A DNA stretch of 63,993 bases, counting the filler, from Diploschistes diacapsis (Eukaryota): NCBI GenBank assembly GCA_023645945.1. It is 6 parts of 6 records of this genome, joined end to end, with 100 filler letters (N's around TTAATTAATTAA, not from the genome) between each part and the next. Parts side by side here need not be neighbours in the genome. Positions count along the whole stretch, not along the records: positions 1 to 10,747 come from JALAIB010000896.1; positions 10,848 to 21,578 come from JALAIB010000897.1; 4 more parts are not named here. One strand, 5' to 3'. Positions 1 to 11,624 of the stretch are shown here, one piece after another. Position 1 is the first letter of the stretch. Every line of letters begins with the position of its first letter. Made by a program: the position numbers and the translations under genes. The notes below the pieces were generated by a model. It was not told where the DNA came from. It saw nothing but the letters and a program-made list of their open reading frames with translations, and made no database searches.

Positions 1-383
1 GTGGTGGTGGGGTGGTTTGGTGTGAGAGAGCGGGCGCGAAGAGGGGTGGAGGGGGCCTGGTAAGAGGTGGCCTGTTGATCAACAAGCTCGAGGTCGCTCT
101 ATGAACGGTTTATGATGTTCACCGAAGAAATAGGTGAAAGATAAATACAGGAAATAAAGGAGTGCGTCTGATATTGTCGCGCGCGCCGTTATCCGCCACG
201 GCAGCCGAGTTCTTCTTTCGCACTGTGGGGTCTATGACGAGTGGATTGGAAATCCACTGGAAAGTGACACAGACATTACTTACGGTCATAGTGACCCAGG
301 AATCAAAAAGAGATCGGAGGCTTCTAAAGGCAAGCAATCATGGATGTATGTATACATACAAACTAGCATTAATACTTGTCGTT

Positions 384-436
384 TCCCTTTTCCTTTTCGA
401 AGAAGGTCGTGGGTTCGACTCCCACTGCTGCCACCA
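384..436 (+). tRNA. Orphan 3' half of a class II (Leu-like) tRNA with encoded CCA; fragment or pseudogene
   Basis: Variable-arm hairpin CCTTTT-CGA-AGAAGG, T-arm GTGGG-TTCGACT-CCCAC, acceptor strand TGCTGCC (426-432), discriminator A433, CCA 434-436. No convincing 5' half. Confidence 0.6.
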
Positions 437-1237
437 CTCTGAAAATATGGAGTAGTAGTGGGGTATGCGGGGTAGCATCTCTGGGGGTTTTCTAGGGATC
501 AATATCTGTGTACATATGGTTGTATGAGCAATCTGTTTTCTAATGCTCACGGGTAGGGCATTGTGAGACAGCTTCATCCAATATTGTGGGTAATCTACTC
601 AATCACATTACTATATTGCGCTAAGGTCCTTCGCAATAACGAGATAGCATCTGTTCTTGACTGAATGTAGAAATAGCCCAGGAATCATCACAGAACAACC
701 AATGTGTGCTTCAGGAGGCCTCAAGCCGTACCCCTCCCCTACACATAACTCGACAAGGCTTTAGGGCCTTCAACCGAGAATATACTTCCTAAACCATATT
801 AGTCTCCAGGAAAGGACAGTATTATATAATGATTGATTGTGGAGTTAGCGCTTTTTTGGAGAATTTTGGTCTGTGGATACGCCCGTATTCCATCCACCGT
901 ATCGCCTTCCGACGACCACCCTCTGCTAGTCCCTGCCCAGAAACTTGAAGAGGGGGATGCTGCGCACAGAACCTTGGACGAGAGAGACCCTTCAGTACAT
1001 CCAAATGCCAGAAAGAAATTTCTGCCCAAGTGCCAAGTAGTAGTGGCCCTAGCTCCCATAGCTGAGACGGTGCGTGAACTCTTGTATGTCCATCACAAAA
1101 GACAGCTTTCCCAATCTGGCTGTGTGACCCTCCACTTGCTTGCCATTGGGTGTCCAGGAACATCCTTTTGTTGGCCAGAAGAAGGGGTCTCCGTCCGATC
1201 CAGATAAAGGTTGCAACCTCTGGACGAAGCTTACCTA

Positions 1238-1245
1238 CATATAAG
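1238..1245 (+). promoter_or_regulatory. Candidate TATA box of the metallothionein gene
   Basis: CATATAAG ~145 nt upstream of ATG 1387, followed by a CT/CA-rich leader and CACCATGG start context. Confidence 0.4.
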
Positions 1246-1386
1246 AGCCTGTATTCTCTCCAGTATTCACTCTTCCTTCTCTTCTTCCAGCATACACGAA
1301 CAATTACACAACCAATCACCAACACTTACTTCCCTTCTCAAGTACACACAACAAAGTTCCCAAGAAACCAAATTTGTTCCTTCACC

Positions 1387-1513
1387 ATGGGTATGATATG
1401 CGAGCTGCTACACACACTGCTGGAAATCTTTTCTGACGCTTTCAGGTCCTGGATGCTCCTGCAGCTGTGGCGCCTCTTGTGGCTGCCCTTCTGGCCAGTG
1501 CAACTGCAAGTAA
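1387..1513 (+). CDS. Small fungal metallothionein, 23 aa (MGPGCSCSCGASCGCPSGQCNCK)
   Basis: Exons 1387-1390 and 1446-1513. The 55-nt intron reads GTATGA...CTGAC...TTCAG. 7 Cys in CxC motifs with Gly/Ser spacers and no aromatic residues. Confidence 0.85.
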
Positions 1514-2029
1514 TCGTGGGAATCTCAAGCCCTGCTTCCTTGGCTTGTGACTGAGATGCCGTAGGAATACACCGCTTGACACAAGAGACATGGCAACGGA
1601 TAATCGCCCACCTTTCTGAGCGTTTCGCTCCCCACAAGACGCTCCTTCCAAAAGTGCAACATACACCGCAAAAGCTGGGCCGTTGCTTCATATATACAAT
1701 AAATATCATTTTCCCCACCCGTTGACAATCTCTAAATAGTTCTCTGAAGCCTCAGTGCGCTGTTGATTTGCGTCCATGACTCGAAGCCCTACCGGCTGTT
1801 GTTGAAAGTTAGCACCATTGCGGTTGATACCGGTTCTTCGGGTAGAGGCTTACTCGCTGTTGTCGCCTGATCGCCTCTTGCATTCGTGTAATGCAATCAA
1901 CATGCAGCCTTGCTGAATGAAGATTGACATGACTGTAGCTCTGCAGCATTCCTAGCAGCGGGAGGGTTCGATGCCACGGCGTAGCGATTGCCATCTTCTG
2001 ACGATTTAGATAAATTGTTCGTTCATCTC

Positions 2030-3607
2030 TCACCCTAGACCCATCTTCACCTCGTCGCCAACCGCCCAACTGTTCTGACCTTCTGACCCACCGGAAAATC
2101 TTTGCTCGTCGATCCCGTCATCGTTCAAAGTCCTCGAGAAGCTACTACTTCTTGTGCTTGCCCGACTCTGGGTCCCGAAGAAGCCCCGTCGCTTGGTGGG
2201 CGTGTCATTAGTCCCTGCCTTTTCCGACGATACAATTGAAGCACTATCAGCTTTCGTTGACTGCGAAATTATTGATCCTGCATATTCTCCAGCACCCGAT
2301 GGTATTTCCAAGTTGCCTTCAACTAGCTCGGCGTCGCGGAACCATTTGCGGCGCCGAGTGTAGCGGCCCCAGCCGTCTTGTCTTCTACCATCAGTCCACT
2401 TGTTGTCATAGTAGATCCAACCATCATTTCTTCCCTTGTCGGAAGTGCCACTGATATCCGTACTACTCCCCTCTACCTTCCATTCACTGCCAGGTACCCA
2501 CGTCCAAACCGCATGGCGACCCTCCACTTGCGGTAACTGAAATTGATCCTTCGATGGTGATGCGTTGAGATGCTCGTCACTCCATGCCGCCCTTTCATAG
2601 GCGAACATCGAGGAAGTCCATCCAAGCCCCAGCCATCGCCGCTGGTTCTCATAAACCACAAAAGTAAAACGCACTCCTGCCGGTGGACCCTCTTGGTTAG
2701 TTGCCAGTGAATTTGCAGCATCACGCTGGCTCTTTCGTCGTGGAGGCAAGGGCGGCCCGGTCTCTGAATCTGCCTTGGCTGTGCCGGAAAACTCCAGTCC
2801 AGTGATTATTGAAGCACATCGACGCACAGTCAAGGAGCGCCATAGCAGGCTCCGAGAAGTGTGCGCTGGTCTTGAATGCCAAGTGAGAAATAGAGTGCCC
2901 GTAATCAATACGACTCGCTTGGTAGTTATGATACATATAGGATCAAGAGAAAGGCCAAACCAGATCGGCATTACCATGAGGATCCTTATCAAAAGACTTG
3001 TGAGCGCTGGTCTGGTGGTTACAGTGGTGGGCGTAACCTGCGTAGAAAGGAAATCGGTCATTTGTAGAAATGGTTCAGCTAGAATGGTACATCGGGAGGT
3101 AAAGGTGTTGAGTGCTTCCACGATTTCGTCTAGACTCTTCTGATGCTTGAAGCCCTCTCCAGCCAAGCCCTTCCTGTCTTCCTTGATCGGCGTATCGGTA
3201 GTGGACCGTGTTGAGAGCGGAGAATATCGACGGAAATACATGCCTGCGATCAATGCTACAACTAGTATGACTGGCCCAGCCAGCCGAGTAACAATATCGC
3301 CATACAGCACAATAGTCCAGAAGCTCGCTAGGAGGAGAAAACTCTCCCAAGAGTCGCCGCTTGACCAGGTAAGGTAACCCAGGAATCTGCTCAATGGGAG
3401 CAAGAACGGGTGCGAAAAGGCCAGAGCACGTGTAACTTGTGGCGGGGTTGATATCAGCAGCGGAGATCTTTGATGAACAAGGAGTGTTTTCGCATGCCCG
3501 TTGCCGGAGACAGTCTGCGTTGGCACGAAAGTCGCTGTCGTTGGGGTTCTAGGAACTTGTTCTGCGCTCCAAGCTTCTTTTCCCATAGATTTGGTTGACG
3601 GAGCCAT
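2030..3607 (-). CDS. PEX30: Pex23/Pex30-family integral peroxin (Pex24p/DysF domain)
   Basis: 525-aa ORF with hydrophobic N-terminal segments and dysferlin motifs YENQRRWLGLGW and GWIYYDNKW...YTRRRKWFRDAEL. Confidence 0.85.
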   Translation of the reverse strand: MAPSTKSMGKEAWSAEQVPRTPTTATFVPTQTVSGNGHAKTLLVHQRSPLLISTPPQVTRALAFSHPFLLPLSRFLGYLTWSSGDSWESFLLLASFWTIVLYGDIVTRLAGPVILVVALIAGMYFRRYSPLSTRSTTDTPIKEDRKGLAGEGFKHQKSLDEIVEALNTFTSRCTILAEPFLQMTDFLSTQVTPTTVTTRPALTSLLIRILMVMPIWFGLSLDPICIITTKRVVLITGTLFLTWHSRPAHTSRSLLWRSLTVRRCASIITGLEFSGTAKADSETGPPLPPRRKSQRDAANSLATNQEGPPAGVRFTFVVYENQRRWLGLGWTSSMFAYERAAWSDEHLNASPSKDQFQLPQVEGRHAVWTWVPGSEWKVEGSSTDISGTSDKGRNDGWIYYDNKWTDGRRQDGWGRYTRRRKWFRDAELVEGNLEIPSGAGEYAGSIISQSTKADSASIVSSEKAGTNDTPTKRRGFFGTQSRASTRSSSFSRTLNDDGIDEQRFSGGSEGQNSWAVGDEVKMGLG

Positions 3608-4117
3608 CGAAACGATCCAGGGGGTTTCTGAGTCTGTCAGCTACCTGTGCCGGCTTAAATAAACTTTTTGGGGTAGCACACCAAATGCAGCCATACAATA
3701 TCCAGTACCTCAATTCGTGACTGGCCTCATAATACTCAAGATACTAGAAGGATAGCACCAAAGCGCGAGGACTGAGGCCATGAACTGAAGCCATGAAATC
3801 TATTCCTAAGCGGCACTCGGTTTCATGGCGTGATCAGACCGATAGCTTCGGCATCTCTCCCTAGTGAGGCACCATACAATAAGCGCTTTACGGACCAACC
3901 CTGAGATGGTTGTCATGGCCTGTAGCATGTGAAGATGAGATCGGATATAAGAGGATACCTTATGTGTAGACCCGAAGCGCTAAACTGCTTCAGAACTTTA
4001 TCAAATATCTAAAGATCCCTTTCTTGGCAACGGAAAAGTTGATAGTATCCTCCAAAACGCACCAGGCCTGCTGTGCACACGTTGTTCTCTGCCAGATAGA
4101 CATAACTGTCTAATTCA

Positions 4118-4600
4118 ATGGTAACATGATTGCTCCCCCGCAATCCCTTTTGTCTAGTGCCGTTGCTAGAGCTGACACAGTTGTAGGCGCACCGGCTCAT
4201 CACTCAGCTGTTCGTAGTTGGTAGCCGAGCAGTCGGTCGAGCCTTCGTGGAGGCCTATCGCCAAGCAGCAGCCTCTGCGAAATACGCCGAAGCAGCTGCA
4301 AAGGACAATCCGGGGGCTGCACGCAACATCTCCTCATCTGGGCTTACTGTAGAAGAAGCTTACAAGATTCTCAACGTCAAAGCACCACAAAGTGGCAAAG
4401 CGGATATAGAGCATGTGATGGAGCGCTACAAAAGATTATTCGACGCAAACGATCCCAAACAAGGTGGAAGCTTCTATCTACAAAGCAAAATAGTTCGAGC
4501 AAAAGACCGAATAGAGCTCGAGATTCGAGAAGCTACAGAAACTGCGGCGCGAGAAGCAGAGGCTCGAAATGGTTGGAATCCCAAGCTTTTCAAGCAATGA
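4118..4600 (+). CDS. PAM16: Mitochondrial import motor J-like subunit Pam16/Tim16
   Basis: ATG-only exon 4118-4120, intron 4121-4186 (GTAACA..CTGAC..TAG), exon 4187-4600. Gives MAHRLITQLFVVGSRAVGRAF...LTVEEAYKILNV...GGSFYLQSKIVRA. Confidence 0.93.
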
Positions 4601-7600
4601 CAATTCGAATGCTAAGAGCTCTTCATCTCAGCGTCTAAAAATCAATGAATTTGGTCTTCAGCCCACCTTTACGGCACGCACTCATCAGTAATATCTGATG
4701 ACAGCTTCTGTTCCGGCCATTCCAGGTTATCTCCACTTTCAACATAGCGAGGCGTTCGGGCTCTTCGGATCTTACATTGAGGGCATCTATTTGGGAGTCC
4801 GGTCCGAACGAGGGCATTGTATATACTAAAGGTTGTATTCTATGAAGCTGTGAGGACTTTTAAGTCACATTCGGCTTGGATTATGGGATCCTGGACTGAA
4901 TCATCTCGAAACTAATCTTGGCGAAGGACAAGCAAGCTTCTGCACTGTATTAATCAGATGAACATAATGTTCTTTATGCGGATGGCACTCAAGGCTTGCA
5001 GCACGCTCGTGCTTAGTGGACCACGACACGCAGATGAACATGCATCCAAGTTGTAGGGTACTTCATTACAAATAAACAACCAGAATTACTCTAATCTATA
5101 TCTGAGATAAGCAGGGTACTGTTGACCGCGGGTTGTGTCCCTGAGGATTGCCCATATACGCAGTTCTGATGCATCACCGAAAAGGGAAAAAGAGTCTGGC
5201 GGACCGGATTTGCCAAGGTGGCTTTGAAGGTAAACTATGGGCTCTTGAAGTGAACCGGCATTCAGGCTTCTAAATTGTTACACGTTCACGAACATTACCG
5301 CCTGCGGATGCTAGGCTCTCGAACTGCCAGTCGTGCAAGTTTTTATCTGTTTGCAGTCTGTCACGACGTTATAGTGCAAAATATCCGCTCTCGTCATTAA
5401 TCCTAGCAAGTAAGAATCAGGGCAACGAGCCTCAAGAGAAGAGTAGTACGATGCTAGCTTCAGAGAGCTCTATAATCGTCTCATACAGGCTTGGACATTC
5501 AAAAAACATAGATTCCTTATGCGAATCGAGTTTTCCTCTCTCAAACCCGTTTGTCTAATTTCAAAGTCTGCTTAGCATATCCCAGCTGCCAGCGAGCAAC
5601 GCCGTCTAATTGCATGTTTCTTGACTACCCATGTTATCACCACCCCAGTTATTTTCCGAGAAGTTCAATGATCGTTACACGAATACGCACCCCTTGGGAG
5701 GATTTTGTGTCCTCCACTGCCGGCATAAATGACCGAAGCCGCAACTAGATCATTCGGCTCGTTCATGGATTTCAGTCTGGGCAAGTGCGTGTATGGAGTC
5801 ACTGATGGATGTCTCGAAATACCCAGGTTTAGTGCGAAGGCGTGACTATCCCGAACTCTCATACTCTAAGAAGAATGTATCTTCCGACATCAGCTCAGCA
5901 TGTTCACTAGTTATACATCCGAAGTCTCCCATGCCTTTGCTTCCTGATCATGCTTTGCGCCGTGATCTCTTCAAGCGTCCAGAAAGTCAGTAAGGCGTTT
6001 CACGAAGCTACGCCTCTTGCGCAAGGAACGCTACAGGAAAAAGTGACCGAAGGCTAGCCTCGTGAGACTGTGTTCAACTACACTGTTGACATGAGAGCTT
6101 CGAGCTTGCATACATACGCTTATATCGCTCGTGCTCGAAGCTAAACTACCGTTTATAAAACGAGTTCACCTTGCGCGGGAAGCTTTCAAGAGCTGGAATC
6201 GCCAAAACCAATGCATGTCTTAAGACGTATGTCAAGATGTGGTCACCATGGCCCCCCTCAATCCTCAACTTAACGACTTCTCGGACTCATTTCAAGCACT
6301 CGCTATTGTGATGTGACGGTCCTGAAGGATTGGATATCGAATTCAAAAGAGAAACCATGCCAGCTTTGAGCTTGGAAGTTGAAACTCAGGGCTTTCGCTT
6401 ATCCTGGTAAACAAGGACGCCAATAAAGCGTACAGAAACCGGACGCCGAAGCTAAGCCTCAACGTTCGGACCAGTTCCTTTGACGACTTACAGTGTCCCA
6501 TGGATTCATGAGCGTTGGGAATATTAAGCAGAAGTACGCTCGTCAACCGCTCATAGCATCCATGGTCGTTATTCATTGCAGGAGTTGATCTAACTAGGAC
6601 CATTTAAGGACCATGCAACTTAACCGGTGTTTATCTCAGGCATATTTTGGAGTACGCTTCTCAACCAAGGCAGAGTGAGCAGACAGAGTTGCGGACAAGG
6701 GTTTCCAAATGCACTTCGGAGAACTTGAGACAAGTTGCACCAGGGGCACTCCCCATACCACTAGCTGTATCTCTGATGAGGTTCTAAGCAAGCCTTGAGA
6801 GCTTTCCTACCTTCCTGATGGATGAAACACAGAATCCGCATCATGTATCCAAGCCATGACAAGCCTCCTTGTGCATACCATACTACTGTGCCAGCTAGGA
6901 AGAAGGGGATCGATAAGCAGACATGATTCTATCATAGCAGCAGGCGGTACAAGTTTTGATCAATAATCACTTCTTTCTTTCCCGAAATCTTTATTTGTTT
7001 CGCTTCGTCCTATGCAGGAGTACTCCTCAACGGCGCAGGGGCAAGCGAGCCGAACCGCACAAATGTGTGAAAACACAAAAAGCTTCTTCATATGCCATCA
7101 GTCCAACTAGCGTATCTCGGAACAATCTAACGAGAAGTCATTTTACTGCTCGTCTTCATGAAGCTGAATCAGTTGCCATCTCCGATGAGCTACCTGCGGA
7201 ACGTTGTGCAATTTGAGACAAAAATTACCAAAGTAGTTCTTCAATAATGTGGCTGTAAATGATGAACTCGCACAGAGCACGCAAACACATCAAGCTCGCT
7301 TCTCCATACGAAGCTACTCTAGCTTCCAGACCTAATCTGTTCAGGCCTCTGATGATCCTCCACCGGAGTCGGCACGCAACACAGCGGATGACTAGGGGAT
7401 CGGTTAAATGTTGACGCAAGAGACGGCCACATTAGACAAGGAATAAGATTAGAACAGCACGCATATTTGGGGTTGCTGGACTAGTTCTTGCTTCCAGCCT
7501 CCAGGGGGACACGAGTTCCGCCAATAGCCTTGCACCGTTGTTCAAGTACACCCTCACCCTACATAGATCTATACCACATGCTAGCATCACAGTACGAAAC

Positions 7601-9007
7601 GAGCCGATCAACCAATTACATGCCATGCATGTCGGTTTCAAGATTTTTGTTTCGCGAGTCAGAAAACCACGATTCATGCTAAATCAATCAGGATAACGGG
7701 GGCTTTACGTACGCGGCACGATGGTCAGAAGTTCTGGCAGTATTCCCTGTGCGCATCGTTGCAAAACGGAGCTTATCCTTACCTGCCACGAGGGCACTTG
7801 TAACGTCCAACCGAGACGGTCACAAGTGGATTGAGACGCGGGTTCTATCATAGGATGCATGGCAGACATGCCTATCAACAGAGTTTTGGAGCGAAGAGAT
7901 CGAAGATGCTCACAATGGTCGATATCTAGTGTCTATCGAGAAAGGCCCAAAGGGGATACTAACCCGACCGTGCCGGTCCGCAGCGTTCTGATAAGAACGT
8001 ACTACAGATGCACATCCAGTTATATCTGCAATAACGATGAAAGTCTCTAACATAGGCACTACATTCTGTCGCTCGCTTAACTTAACGTTGTCCACGAGAG
8101 GCTTCGATCCTCCCACCTCTTTTTGTAACAGAGAATGTGGTTTAGCTTACGGCTTCTATTTTGCTCCACTGAGTGTACTTTGATTGGACCGGCATAGGGA
8201 GCAATCGGAGCCAACTCGAACTGTCTAGTCTGGTTCCGTGTACACCGATAAAGGAATCTGATTGATTTTAGCCTCATTGCTTGCCAGTTATTATTAGTTT
8301 ATTCCACCAAAGACGAAGCTGATGGAAGCGTTTATCACACTTGGCAGGTCAATCTCCCAAGACAGAAGTTGTGGGCAGGGAGTACCTCGATACAAGATAC
8401 AAAGAATTTACGATGGAATAAGATAGCTCTGAAGGGAAGTGCGCGCTACAAAGCCTATGGGAATCAGTTGAAGGCTAGCTAGCCTGTTTGATGTAGCGGG
8501 CATTACGTGAAGGAGTTCAAAACACGCTTGGATTTTAATTTAATCGAACGGGCGGGCAAAAGGGACCGTTTTAAGCTTAGCGGCAGGTGCTTTTCCCAGC
8601 CCATCTTTCTCTGGGGCCGACTTTAGATCTTGCGCACACTATATTCCCACCCGCTCTCTCATCCCTTTGCCCCCACTCGCCCTACCTACCTTCAAGCTTT
8701 GTGATTTCGTACAGCTTACTCTGCACAGTCAGACTGTATGCTTGGTGTCAACCTGCGATCTCGCTGCGGGAACTCTTGTTATCCGGATCCCATGCGGGGG
8801 ATAAGACCTGAGTGAGTGAGTTCTCTCACAGAGGATCTGACGGCATGGGTATTATCAGTACTCGTTTATTGTTGCACAAAGTAGTAGTATACCAACGCTA
8901 TTCCTTGATCATGGTCATTCGTCAAGATTATTGCCCAAAAAAAAAAAAGTCACTTGCTCTGCTCTCAGTGGAAAATGCAGGCAATACTATCGACCCGACA
9001 TTTAGCC

Positions 9008-9044
9008 ACACACACACACACACCCACCCACACACACACACACA
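9008..9044. repeat. Interrupted (CA)n microsatellite
   Basis: cacacacacacacacccacccacacacacacacac seen directly. Confidence 0.9.
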
Positions 9045-9710
9045 CTGCAGCCAATGTCTCATCCCGCCACATGGCAAGGCTGCATAGCCATCCATGTTTT
9101 ATTGAGCATCTTGCACCAACGCCACGGCTTGTGTCAAGGAGGCCCCTCCAGTCGTTGCGAAAAGAGGGCTGTTTACGATATGCACCTGCATTGACCACCT
9201 CATCCGTCTGATCCAACATGCCAGACTCGATCCTTGGTTTTTGCGCAATTCAAAAATCGCAGCACTTTGCCAGGCCGTTGCGTAAAACATTGCCTCAATA
9301 TAAATCTCCACACTAAGAGTTGAGCGGCTGCAAGGTCTATCTAGTCTCGATAATGTGGCTAACAAATGGTCCAGTGATCGACGGAGATTTATTTACTCTT
9401 TGGATGAAGCATAAGGCCATCCAGTAGATCGGTTGATTGTGCAAGGGTTTTTGAAGGTGACGAAGGTCCCAACCATGCCCACATCCACATCCACATCCAT
9501 GCCCACCACAACCAGCCAACCCCTACTTTTCACAATGGGGCTCGTGTAGTATTTGTGTCAGTCAGTCATTCCCTGCTTGGTGCAACGCGGGAAGGCGGTG
9601 CGGGTTTCCCAGCTAATGTATGGAAATCAAAATCCCACCAATGGGGGCAGATACATGCTCCTGCCTCACTCACTCGGCTTTTCAGCTGCAGGCTCAGAGG
9701 CAGCACCACC

Positions 9711-9820
9711 CACTCACTCACTCACTCACTCACTAGTTAGCTACTACTCACTTACTCACTTACTCACTCACTTACTAGCCACTAGTTCACTAGTCACTAG
9801 TCACTAGTTATTAGTCACTA
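9711..9820. repeat. (CACT)n tetranucleotide repeat grading into (CACTAGT)n
   Basis: Direct reading of the sequence. Confidence 0.85.
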
Positions 9821-9968
9821 CCCCTTGTCCTGCCTGCCTGCCTGGTTGACGTATGTGCCGACGTCCACCAACAACAACTACACTTATTCCAATGCGGCTT
9901 TAGTTGCTTTACTATGGTTTTCGCCGAAGCCAGCCACAGCCGCAAACGACTAGAAGGAAAAGCTTCCA

Positions 9969-9996
9969 ACTACTACTACTACTACTACTACTACTA
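9969..9996. repeat. (CTA)n microsatellite
   Basis: About nine perfect CTA units. Confidence 0.9.
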
Positions 9997-10747
9997 GGCA
10001 GAAACTTCGCCTTGTCTTTTTTTCTGCCCATGCGGATCTTGTCCGCTCCTCTTTCCAGTTCCCTTCCCCCCCTCTTACCCTACCTACCCTACCCTACGCA
10101 GTCCATCCATCCTTGTTCTTCTTCCTGGTGGTGGTTTGACGAACATGCATATACAGAGAGAGGTACTTCTCACGAGTCTGTTTCTGATTTGATCGTTCCT
10201 GTTACTTGTCAGGTCACTGAACTCTGGCCAATCAGTCAATACAAAATGTACACGGTGAAAATCTAAAACCACGCCAGCCTTGTCCCTTACCCCCCCCCTG
10301 CCTATCGTCCCCTGTGAGTTCACTGTACTTTACTTTACTTTACCTTACCTTACTTTACTCTGTCCCGTGCAGACTCAGCTTTTCCATCCGAAGCCCTAGC
10401 TGCGTTGGGGTCCCAAATTGTTGTCCACCCTTATGCCTCTCATCTGGGCCCATTTTTACCCTTCGCCATGTGCTCCGATGGAGTCAGGGTTTCGAGAGAG
10501 ATAAATCCCTTCATTATGCCTTGTTGTCCCTCTTCTTCGTCGTACGAACTGCTCGTTTTGTACAGCTACCTTGCTATACAGCTGAATCAGGAACCGGTCT
10601 TTGCCAGCCTTGCCTTGTGCCCAGCCTTGCCTTGCCTCTCGAGCTTACAAGGTCTCGTAGTTAGTTTCTAAATGCTTGCCTTTTAATCATCCGTCCCTCT
10701 TCAGCTCCCTCCACCTCAGCCGGATCCCCACTTTCATACATTTGTCG

Positions 10748-10847
10748 NNNNNNNNNNNNNNNNNNNNNNNNNNNNNNNNNNNNNNNNNNNNTTAATTAAT
10801 TAANNNNNNNNNNNNNNNNNNNNNNNNNNNNNNNNNNNNNNNNNNNN
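10748..10847. other. Artificial contig linker (44N-TTAATTAATTAA-44N)
   Basis: Six-frame stop spacer, identical to the four other linkers. Confidence 0.97.
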
Positions 10848-11179
10848 CAGTTTCGCCAACTTCGCGGATTTTCGCGGTGTTTCGCCGCCAAAAACTTTTC
10901 GTGATGTAAATCGCTTCGTAATTATTAAAACGAGATTAAATTCCATCAAATCGATCTATAATAATCGATCGAGATACTTTAAATACGCGAATAATTTCTC
11001 GAATGTTAATATATTGTTATAATTTTAGGGCCTGTAAACAGTCGTTAATATTAAATTCTATTAAAATCGAATTATTGCGATGCGAGGTAGTCATTATTGA
11101 GAAAAATCGAATGTAAGATGAAAATAGTGATTTGAGGTGGCCGGAATCTGGGGGTGGCCGGAATCCCCGTCAAACACGT
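10848..11179 (+). mobile_element. Right end of a RIP-mutated Fot1/pogo DNA transposon
   Basis: 43-bp TIR at 11137-11179 (GTGGCCGGAATCTGGGGGTGGCCGGAATCCCCGTCAAACACGT) followed by TA. It carries an internal direct repeat and is the reverse complement of the TIR at 63434-63476. Confidence 0.85.
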
Positions 11180-11624
11180 TAAATATAATTAATTCGGGCA
11201 TAATACGCGAACTTATAAAATAGAATCTATAGCTTTTAAGGAAGATACTAATAATTAATATAATAAATTATCGTACGAATTGATTGCGCAAATATAATTA
11301 TAAATTATATAAATCGAGAAGAGTGTCCGTTCGCTATAAATGTCCGCTCGTTATACATATACGTTATAACGAATTCATTTTTGTTACTTATCCTATAAAT
11401 AAAGTCCTAATACCCAGCGAAGGTTTTCGGGCGGATAAATATAGATGCGCGAAAACAGGTTTACATAACGCTCGGAACCGTGAAACTTCAGGCCCCCTTT
11501 AGTACGAAACCTTGTCAAATAGAAAGAACTTGTAGGAATAAACAATATTATAAAACCTTCATATTAAAAAGTAAGATTAATAGAATGATACCGCTCCTTC
11601 CGCATAATACAAGCTAAAAATAAA

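Noticed and set aside
384..505. Circularly permuted tRNA-Leu(CAA): GGTAGCA at 471-477 can pair with TGCTGCC, and AGGGATCAA follows
   Set aside because: The putative 5' half has no D-stem or A-box and is several nt too short. A 7-nt wobble match is plausible by chance.
799..1728. Several overlapping 60-170 aa ORFs
   Set aside because: No recognisable domains; they overlie the promoter, intron and UTR of the metallothionein.
7259..7352. Possible C/D snoRNA (ATGATGA ... CTGA)
   Set aside because: No terminal stem and no rRNA-complementary guide that I could recognise.
10792..10803. TTAATTAATTAA recurring every ~10.8 kb as a periodic biological motif
   Set aside because: It is always embedded in 44+44 Ns, so it is an assembly linker.
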